A stretch of DNA of 64,000 nucleotides from Tubiluchus corallicola (Eukaryota; Animalia; Priapulida): NCBI GenBank assembly GCA_030141605.1, contig JAQGDQ010000379.1:124001-188000 (forward strand), written 5' to 3'. This document shows, piece by piece, positions 55,091 through 64,000 of the stretch. How positions within the stretch are numbered: the stretch's first letter is position 1; every line of letters starts with the position of its first letter. A model generated the notes under the pieces. That model ran no database searches and was not told where the DNA came from. It was given only the letters and a program-made list of their open reading frames with translations. The position numbers and the translations under genes were made by a program.

Positions 55091-55426
55091 TCAATAACCA
55101 TGTTATGGTTATATTTATTTTTTTTATTTATTTTTTTTTATTTTTTTTTTTTTATTTTGTCAGATTTCACAGGCGTCGGATCTGTTCACCTGTGTGATTT
55201 TTGACTCGAGTCAAACTTGCCAAATTCCAAATTCTTCCGTAAAGATACGGAATCCGTCAATTCCGTGGGAACTGGATTTCTCCAGACCCAACAAAACTCG
55301 CCTTTTCGATACCGTAAAGGTACGGTATCCACCGGCTACTCATAGAGTAGTCGGATTTCCCCTAGGTATAAACCTTTCACACATTTGGATGTAAGAACTC
55401 GAGTGACATCCTGCGCAGGAGATGAC

Positions 55427-57485
55427 CTAGGTCTCCCTCCTTTGCCTTCCCAGGAACTTTCTAAACACCATACATGAGCCTCTAATCACCGAGCGGACTA
55501 GTTTGGCTCTGACGTTCAGAAGACCGAGTGTCTTCAGGAGAACGTCGTTCTCTCCTCCTGCCCATTCCCCACGAAAGCCCACACAGATGCCGTGCGACGA
55601 GGCAGTGGCAGAGCCGCACCGCTGTTTGACGGCATCGAGGATCGGTTCGTACTTCAGGGCCTTGTCCCTGCACCTGGCCCTAAGCGAGTAGATGTTTCCT
55701 GCTGCCGAGATGGTCGGATCGATAACGTACGTATGACCACCTTTGGTCGCCAGGATGTCTGGGTGGTACCTTGTTCTGTTGATCTCGAACCAAGGTTCCC
55801 TGACGACCGTAAAGCCCTGCCCCTTCAAGGCTTCGGCGAGCACCTCGCACAGTGCATTGTGCCTTCGTGATATGGCATTGTTTACTGTTATGCACTGTTG
55901 AAGTACGTGAACCTGACTCTCTGCATGTCTCCCGCACCTGCGACATCTCCTGATTGCATTGGGTTGTCCTCTCGTGGTGTTAACTCTAACTGGTAGAGAG
56001 TTGGTGATCATCTTGAGAACCAAGATATAATCACCCCCGCTCAGGAGTGTGCTGCTACGTAGGTAATGGGTACTCAGTGGGTCAGCAGACACGGCTGCAA
56101 AACCCTTCCCATGCACTTTACCGTTGAATGCCGATAGATGTTTGCGATCGTTATCCCTTTTTGCACGATTTATGTCTTTTGCGTTACTGTAGGCTTCGAG
56201 GCTCGCCACCCTCTTAGCCCACGCAAGCTCCCTATTCCACACTGGAGCAGATGCACTCATGTTCACCAGCGGATCTGGTGAGGCCTGCAATCGGCTGAGC
56301 ATCTTGACTTTCATCAAAGGAACATCCTTTTCAAGACAAGAAAATCCCAGCCCTCCCTTCTTCATTGGCATGTAGAAGAATGCATTCGGGACATCCGTCG
56401 CCATATGAAGTATACGTTTTAGGCTTGATCTTATAAGCCTGTCTGCTCCCTTGAGGCCATTCATATGAACCTCACATATACGGAAGTGGTATGTCAGACG
56501 CGGAATCACATATTGTCTGATCATATCCACCTTTTGTTGAGGTTTGAGTGGTGCCCCTTCCACTCTTATAAGCCATGCTTTAAGGGACTTGGTGTCCATG
56601 GTGGGTCGTCCCTTAGCAGTCATAGGAATTCCCAGGTATTTGTATGCGTCACTGACTCCCAGCATTGGAATAGGAGTCTGGCTGATCTCCCATGTGGGTT
56701 CTATTAGCACTTTCATAGCCTTTCGTCGGTATGCCTTGACTAGTCTCATGGCTTTGCATTTGTTGGCGTTTAAAGCCATGCCTCGTTTCGTGAAGAAGCC
56801 ATTGGCTGTCTCCAGCAAAACTCCCATGCCATGTTTTGAGCCTGACATTAGGACTAGGTCGTCGGCAAAACCAACTATAGCCACTTGGTGCTCGTCGATC
56901 CCATAGCCAAATCGAGAACCGACTTTCGAGATCAGTTCGTCGATTACCAGGTTGAAAAGCAGGGGTGATAGCGGGCATCCCTGCTTAACACCTGACGTGA
57001 TGCTAATACGGCGGGTATTTGCTTCCGGTATCGATATCCGTGTAGCAGCACCCGTATACATATCCCCAATGATTTGCTGAACCTGCTCTGGAAGGCCGAA
57101 CCTTCGCATTGCCCTCACGATCGAGGTGTGAGGAACCGTGTCGAACGCCTTTGCTAAGTCGAGGAATGCGATGTTTAATTCCCTATGACTTGCTCGGCCA
57201 TGCCGAATCACGGTGTTTAGGAGAGTCAGGTTTTCGGAACAGCCGTCTCTTGGTTGGAAGGCTCTCTGGAGTGGGTTGAGCTTGACCGTTGCCTGGATTC
57301 TGGTGGTTAGAATCTTGGCATACCACCTGAGCAATAAGGATCCGATTGTGATAGGCCGCCAGTTACTGACGTCCTGCAAGCCCTCAGCAGACTTGGGGAG
57401 GAGGGTGGTACGGCATTCCTTCAGGCTGTTTGGGACCTTCTTTAGGAATTGCCATACCTTGAAGACAAGGGTTATCGCACCCTTG
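55427..57485 (-). CDS. R2-type reverse transcriptase / restriction-like endonuclease, C-terminal part
   Basis: WRPITI, QRAF, FLDLAKAFDTV, GVKQGCPLSPLLF, FADDLVL, YKYLG, CRRC...H....C, RRHN, PDIL, VIDPTI, KALKY; no stops. Confidence 0.92.
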
Positions 57486-57624
57486 TTTGTGGTTTGGTGT
57501 TGTGTTGTGGTTTTGGTTTTGTTGGTGTGTTGGTGTGTGTGTTGTGGGGTGGTTTGTTTGGTGTGGGGTTGGTTTTGTGTGGGTTGTTTTGGGTGGTTTG
57601 GGTTTGTTGGGTTTGGTGGTGGTT
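57483..57624. other. 142-nt aperiodic G/T-only tract between two 508-bp direct repeats (56978-57485 and 57624-58131)
   Basis: No A or C between c57482 and c57625; the flanking repeats are offset by 646 nt. Confidence 0.95.
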
Positions 57625-58520
57625 CCCTGCTTAACACCTGACGTGATGCTAATACGGCGGGTATTTGCTTCCGGTATCGATATCCGTGTAGCAGCACCCG
57701 TATACATATCCCCAATGATTTGCTGAACCTGCTCTGGAAGGCCGAACCTTCGCATTGCCCTCACGATCGAGGTGTGAGGAACCGTGTCGAACGCCTTTGC
57801 TAAGTCGAGGAATGCGATGTTTAATTCCCTATGACTTGCTCGGGCATGCCGAATCACGGTGTTTAGGAGAGTCAGGTTTTCGGAACAGCCGTCTCTTGGT
57901 TGGAAGGCTCTCTGGAGTGGGTTGAGCTTGACCGTTGCCTGGATTCTGGTGGTTAGAATCTTGGCATACCACCTGAGCAATAAGGATCCGATTGTGATAG
58001 GCCGCCAGTTACTGACGTCCTGCAAGCCCTCAGCAGACTTGGGGAGGAGGGTGGTACGGCATTCCTTCAGGCTGTTTGGGACCTTCTTTAGGAATTGCCA
58101 TACCTTGAAGACAAGGGTTATCGCACCCTTGCTTACCCTCCGGAGGGCTTGCATCGTGACCCCCCTATCCGGACCAGGAGACGAATTGGACTTCATGGCT
58201 TTGAATGTTTTTGCCACTTCCTCTTGTGCTATGGGAGCACAGAGGCTGTCTGGATCTTCACACGGTTTGAAGTCCTCGATGGGTTCGTCGTCCGGTAGGG
58301 AAGGTTTCTCGAATCTCTGGATGTACGTTTGCTCTATGCAGTCGATGGGAGGATACTTGACTTCCAGGGGTGCATCATCGAGTATGACGTTCGCAAGCTT
58401 GCGTCTATCTCTTTGATACAGTCTCTGGTACGTCTTATACCTTTCCCTCCTGCGTTTTTGGCGGTTAGCGGGTCGATCGGGAGCTCTCCTAACAGGACGA
58501 GGTCTTAGAGTTCGCAAGCT
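57624..58520 (-). CDS. R2-type RT, N-terminal part (motifs -1, 0 and RT1-4), frameshifted by the duplication/insertion
   Basis: ORF 57384-58586: RRERYKTYQRLY, SSPGPD, WRPITI, LDLAKAFD and GVKQG, then runs into the C/A tract. The ORF N-terminus MCLNVLCPNY comes from the flanking repeat. Confidence 0.88.
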
Positions 58521-58544
58521 AGTTACTTTGAACTCATGAGTCAT

Positions 58545-59180
58545 TTTGACACATAGGTAATTTGGACACAAGACGTTTAGACACATGGTTCATTTGAGTA
58601 CAATGTAATTAGAATGCTTGAACACATAGCTATTTGGATGGAGGTATTTTGAACACAAGGCTATTCCTGCATTGCTATGCACTGTAATTTTCACTCATTA
58701 TACCGATTGTCTGTGAAAAGTGCTGCTACCATAAAACTTCAAGAATAGGGTATAACCAAATAGGCAATTTTGCTAAATGGTACGATCTCCCAGTTGAATC
58801 CACCTAGTATCTTTGGTGTCTAAACACTTAATGTAATCAAATGAGCTATTATATGTCTAAATATCCTGTTTTTTACCTATTGTCCAAATGTCCTATGTGT
58901 CCTAAACCCCTAGTGTCTAAACAGCTTACGTGTACAAATAACCTACATAATCAAGTCATCATGTGTCCAAATGTCCTGTGTGTCCAAATTTACCTTGTGT
59001 TCAGATGTCCTATGCATCCAAATTACCTTGTGTCCAAATGTCCTATAATATATATGTGTCCAAATCATCTTGTGTCCAAACTAGTCTCACCTAATGTCTA
59101 AATAGTCTATGTGTCCAAATTACTTTGCATCCACGTGTCCAAAATATTTGTGTTGAAATAGTCAATATGTCTAAAACCCC
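58545..59180. mobile_element. (TGTCCAAAT)-type repeat family copies (inverted 58545-58660, forward 58750-59180)
   Basis: tttggacaca / tgtccaaat motifs; gatctccc..ttgaatcca...tatcttt..tgtctaa shared with 39435-39475. Confidence 0.65.
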
Positions 59181-59192
59181 TGTAACCATTAA

Positions 59193-59930
59193 TAGGGGTG
59201 AGCATTCTAAGCCAGAAAGCGAATTCGAATCAGATAGAATTTGCGACTTTCAAACTTTAATCAAACCAAATTTCGAATTAAATCGAACTCAGTTTTAAAG
59301 ATATTCGATAAATGTCTAATAAATAATAAAAAATGTCTCACAAAGATCATGCATATTATTTGATTTTATTCTGCAGGAAAAACATTAATAATTTGTTTAA
59401 AAGTTTTGCACAGTAATTGCAGCTAAATTGTGCTGGTTGTATAATGGCTCAAATGTTTTGATGATAAAGAATGTATGTAGCTGAATGGTTGAATTATTTG
59501 AATCAACTGTTGTTGTTGACGTCGCCATCGTCGTCGTCCTAGCTGTTGAAAGTTGTTGTTGTGGTGGTGGTCGTCCTGTGTTGTTATTGTTGTCATCATC
59601 GTCGTCATTGTCACCACTGCCGTCGCTGCTGTTGTTACTACTGCTTGCTCTTGTTGTTATTATCATGACTGTTATTATAGCAGTTGTTGTTATTACTATT
59701 ATGATCATCACTACCAATCTACCACCATCGCCACAGTTCATCGTTTTCATCAATATTATTCGACAATTATTAGTACTTTTATCATTGTTCGTATATCGCA
59801 CTGTAGGCGTTTCGCTTGTCCAGCGCTGTTACATTTCTGATGTTATGCGCTGTTAAACCATTAGTTTAACAGGTGTGTGTGTGCGTGCATGTGCGTGTGT
59901 GTGCCACCCAAAATTTGAATATGCTCTAAC
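59193..59930 (-). mobile_element. Second, inverted copy of the GGTGAGCA MITE, interrupted by a trinucleotide microsatellite (about 59505-59790)
   Basis: taggggtgagcat...aagttttgcacagtaattgcagctaaattgtgct is the reverse complement of part of 48197-48545; possible far terminus atgctctaacctg at about 59930. Confidence 0.6.
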
Positions 59931-60389
59931 CTGAGCTTACAAAAAGCAACGCCTGCACTATAAGGCGAATTGGGCAGTGGACAATTTGAGATCTGCCTCT
60001 GCCTTCTCAGATTTTCGAGTTCCCACTGCCCTAATGCAAATGTGAGAGTTTCGTAAATGCTCTCGATAGATAATTAAGTGTCTTTTGTGCTTTTATAAAT
60101 GATGTATAGTCAATGTTCTGTGAAATCTGAGAATATCTGTCCCATTTTTAGAATGTTACTATTTTTAGAAAGCCTAGGTATAGTCTTGTTTGCTTTTTTG
60201 TGAAATCGAATGAAGTACTTATTTATTTTACTTTATTTCACCTTCACTAAAATGTGCATTAAAAATAAATTATTAAACATGAATGTGGGGAGAGACGTAA
60301 AGAGATAAGTTGCTTACACACGCCTATCACAGACAAGCCATTATCAAATTTCAAAAACTTCAATCTGTATTGGAAAAGTTCAGAATTGC

Positions 60390-61100
60390 CTGCAGTAACC
60401 AATTAAAAATACACTATTTACTGAACTGTGTACGGAATTTCATACTTGAACAACACGGTTGGAGAAGAAAAACCCAAAACCTTTTTTATTCGTTTTTCGA
60501 ACATACATCTTGCGACCTTTGGGTACTTTTTGTCCTATCAGTGAGAGCTCTTGTAAAAAAAATTTTCGGGATCTAAATCAACATCCCTACGCATTATTTC
60601 ATAACACATGACCAGATCGTTTAGTAATTGTCTTTTCTCTAACGATCGTAAATGAAGGGTTTTGAGCCTTTCTAGATAGGTTTCCGACAATTATTACATC
60701 AATCGTTCATAAAGTTTTTAGCTCTTACATTTACTAATCCTATACGTATGAATAATTTTATAATTTTCTCTATTGCATTGTATGGTATTATACTTTTTAA
60801 TTTCTTATATTTGTATTTCATATGATCTTAGCTTAGCTACTGGAGTAAAATTTCAATTGAATTGAATTGAATAGTTAAAATCTTTTTACTTTAGCATTGG
60901 CCAGCAATTCACTGAGATAGCTAAAAATGTTAGTGTTAGCGTAATCCATTATACGCCTTTTTCGACACACAGAAATACAGCTATTTTTAAGAACCTTACT
61001 GAACCCTTGTACAAAACAAAATAGAAAGTGCATAGGTAGCGCATAACGAAGCTGAGGGTAAGCCACCATGATTTTGAAACAGAACGAGGAAGATACTGTA
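60390..61100 (-). mobile_element. Decayed CR1 LINE 3' fragment
   Basis: Minus-strand FFSNRVVQV*NS and LYKGSVR remnants. Confidence 0.5.
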
Positions 61101-63018
61101 CTCAAATACGCTTCTTCAGGAAAGACTATGCTATTACTGCAACAACTCCAGTAATGGTACTAAAATAGAAGACAGATCTATATTTTATTTTTAATTGCTG
61201 TCTAATAGCACATGTACGAAAAGAAAATATACAGCCTGTCGTTCTGCAGTAATAACACTATTTCACTTTCGTGGCTGCTCAATTGCAATTATAGCACTGA
61301 TCTCATCCTCTTTGGTGAATTCACTCTTAAAAACTTCAAATTAATAAATCAATCTCTGTGAAACAGCAAAAAGTACTGGCTGCTATATTCATGTCAGTGA
61401 AATGTAAATGAGCATTCATTGTAATTTTGTGAGTTGTCGTGGTCGCTATAATGTTATCTTTTTAACTAGTAGTTGCTGGCATTATCATCATTATGTAATT
61501 TATGTTGATAGTCAGTCTTTGCATCAGAGTAATGTAGTATAAACTTATGTAAATACTGTATCATCCTACAATAAAATTTTGTTGTATTTTGTGAAGTTTA
61601 TATTTTTCTTTAATTATAAATTGCATTTTCTATCTGTACTGCCAATTACCAAAGTGAAAAAGTACTAGTATACCTGAAATGGTATTTCTGGAAATAAACT
61701 AAAATGAATTGATAAATACGCGGAAATTTTTGTAACTGAAGACTTCTGCCATTGGTTCACTATTTATTGTAAAAAAAAAGCGAAACTCGAAATTTGTGGC
61801 CAAGACTACTGGGTCCCTGGTTTTATAATAGTGGAGCTTAAAGATATAGCAGGTGTGTGTGAAGAAAAAATATGTAGGCGAGTAAGATAAATAAGCTCTT
61901 ATTTAGAGCTTATCGTATTTTTGCGTTTATTATCGATGCTTATTTTAAATTTCGTTGCCAATGCTCACAATATAACTATAACTAAGGCACGGGAACGCTA
62001 CGTGGGACGTTCGCGCTTGCGTGCACTCTCGTGTACTGCCTCACCTTGCATTGCATCACCTACTACTTTCGTGTGCATAGCAGTGGCATGTATCACCATG
62101 TCATGTGCCGCACTGCCATCTACACGTACTATCTAAGTATCTTGCTGTGTACCGTAGCGTATCATCTCACTATATACTAGCTGGTCCACCTTGCCTTGCA
62201 CACTTACTCTCTTACAGTACATAGTGAGGTGGTACCACATGCAGCGCCATTGTACATTGCGATGTCAAGCAACGCGAATATCCCACTTGCAGTGCTCTGT
62301 TTAGTGCTTCCTAATATAACTGCCTAATACAATATAATTTTCCTTCTCTTCTTTAGAGTACCCACTCCATGAAATGTACTCTGAAAATTTACATTCGACT
62401 CTGGCACATTAACATTCTTACAGTAACAAGCTAATGAGTATAAGTTTTGCAAAAATAGTATTTAACACGGACTAAAAACCCTTAAATGCTGACACATTTA
62501 TATTAGGCAAATAAATAGCTAATTTGGCCTAATTACATGTGCTTGTCACAAAGCTCACAATACATTGTTAACTAAGCTTTTTCTATTACACATATCATTA
62601 TACATTTTATTTTAAAGTCTCTCTTGATTTCAATGGACTTCAATGTCTGTAGCCTCACTTACCTGCTTCATATATTATCATTGCACAAATTACCTTGTGA
62701 TTTTCTTAAACATATCTACTTTTTCTTAAATAAAGATATGTATTAAGTTCTTCTCATATTTTCTTGCCATTAAGACACCAGCAGCACTTATTAGTTCTTC
62801 TGAATATATAGCATGTTCACATAAAGTTGCTAAAACTTTAACATAGTCATTACTGCTGTCCTGATGGTCCTCATAAGCTACCATCTGTCATTCTTGACTC
62901 TGTACCATTTTTTTACTTTATTTTTTTTCTAGAGTGAACAAGTGCTTACAAGCAATACCGTTGACAGCATCCGTACTTTACTGCTGAAGCAACGTTAGTG
63001 TCAATGTTATCGGGCAGT

Positions 63019-63657
63019 ATGACACTTGATTTTGACATTCGTGTTTTTTGCCAGAATCTTAGAGCTACTAAACCTCCATATGAGTGCCCTGTTCCGGGCT
63101 GTGGCCGTATTTACAAAAGCTATACTGGAATTCATTTTCATTTATATCACCACCCTGATTCAGACAGTCCGGGCTCATCTCCCGCAGGAAGAAAACCAGG
63201 CCGAGGTCGTGGACGGAAGAGCTTCCAGCATCATCGTCAGTCCAAACCGGACAACAATCCACCTTCTCCCCCTGCATTTTTTCAACCTAAGGCAAAAGAA
63301 GCGCTGACATTTGCCCAAGCACAGAAATTAGTTGAAATTGAGTTTGGTGGTCGAACTCACCGACTAAATGCAAGCGATCAGCTGGACATTGTTTTTCGAG
63401 ATGCCATTGAACCTAACATAACAGAAGAGGAAGAAGATAAAAACAGAGACTTGGCAAAAACTCCTTCAAAAGTTACAGATCCTAAAAAGAAGGAAGCATC
63501 TGCAGCGGGTGTGACGAAAGTCCCAGAGGCTAGCTTTAGAATTCTGGATAATTATAAATTTAAGAAGGTTCCGCCTCTTCCAAAAAGTTACTATCGATTC
63601 AAAGAACGATCATTTGCAGAGCTGGATGATGAAGTAGAATATGATATGGATGAGGAG
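63019..63657 (+). CDS. BRPF1: BRPF1/peregrin (Br140) first coding exon: C2H2 zinc finger and start of the EPC-like region
   Basis: MTLDFDIRVFCQNLRATKPPYECPVPGCGRIYKSYTGIHFHLYHH, LTFAQAQKLVE and ELDDEVEYDMDEE. Acceptor ttttttttctag ends at 62932; donor gtattt at 63658. An in-frame ATG at 63004 is an alternative start. Confidence 0.95.
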
Positions 63658-63828
63658 GTATTTAATAAATATTATTGTTTGTGAACTTATATTTTGATTT
63701 TTGCCAAAACTTTCTTGACTAGTTTGCTTTAGTAAATTCGATTTTTACTTCAGATATGTTCGAAAAATTTCATCTTTAATAGTTAAAAAAATTACAATTT
63801 CAAAACCATAAAAAAAGCTTTTATGTAT

Positions 63829-63950
63829 ACAGTAAGTCCTCATTTAATGACTAGGCATTTTGCAACATTTCATTTTAATGACGCTAAAAATTTGACACCG
63901 GTTTCTCACTTAATGACGCATGTTTCATTTTAAGGACGATTTTTTTGCTT
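63829..63950 (+). mobile_element. Possible pogo/Tigger-like MITE end
   Basis: TA-CAGTAAGTCCTCATTTAATGAC terminus with repeated ttaatgacg subterminal motifs. Confidence 0.35.
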
Positions 63951-64000
63951 TGTTTTAAGATCTATAGTAACCAGTATCTACATGAAATTGTCTCTAGGCT

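Larger units (their letters stand above)
55114..58520 (-). mobile_element. R2-clade (RLE) non-LTR retrotransposon, 5'-truncated, with 3' UTR (55159-55426) and poly(A)-rich tail (55114-55158)
   Basis: GC-richer block encoding RT, CCHC knuckle and a PD-(D/E)xK restriction-like endonuclease. Carries R2-type motifs APLKPQQK and RRERYKTYQRLY..DRRKLANVIL. No N-terminal ZnF/Myb domains. Confidence 0.93.

Noticed and set aside
57483-57624. G/T tract as an interstitial telomere or as a G/T-filtered copy of adjacent sequence
   Set aside because: No TTAGG/TTAGGG units (it has no A at all). Deleting A and C by hand from the neighbouring forward, reverse or reverse-complement sequence did not reproduce it.
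55482-58416. Multiple short overlapping ORFs on both strands within the R2 element
   Set aside because: Shadow frames of a GC-richer coding sequence and of the stop-free G/T tract.

Overview
AT-rich eukaryotic (invertebrate-like) genomic DNA with two intron-rich host genes arranged head-to-head. The minus strand carries the 5' part of a PATJ/MPDZ (MUPP1) multi-PDZ scaffold gene. Its exons splice in frame with GT-AG junctions: 49530-49545 (ATG), 44747-44886 (L27), 43365-43589, 42087-42298 and 5369-5609 (PDZ1, split by a 36.5-kb intron), 3204-3338 and 788-948 (PDZ2), and probably 323-416 and 1-26. The plus strand carries the first coding exon of BRPF1/peregrin (63019-63657). Between the genes is a young, 5'-truncated R2-clade non-LTR retrotransposon (about 55114-58520, minus) that is not in 28S rDNA. 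Its RT region contains a 508-bp direct duplication separated by 138 nt of aperiodic G/T-only sequence. This is either an unusual non-templated synthesis and template-jump event or a long-read/assembly artefact. Also present: a minimal Penelope-type hammerhead ribozyme (45381-45420), tandem tRNA-derived SINEs, minisatellites with higher-order structure, MITEs and decayed CR1/RTE LINE fragments. All calls were made by eye; no database searches were run.
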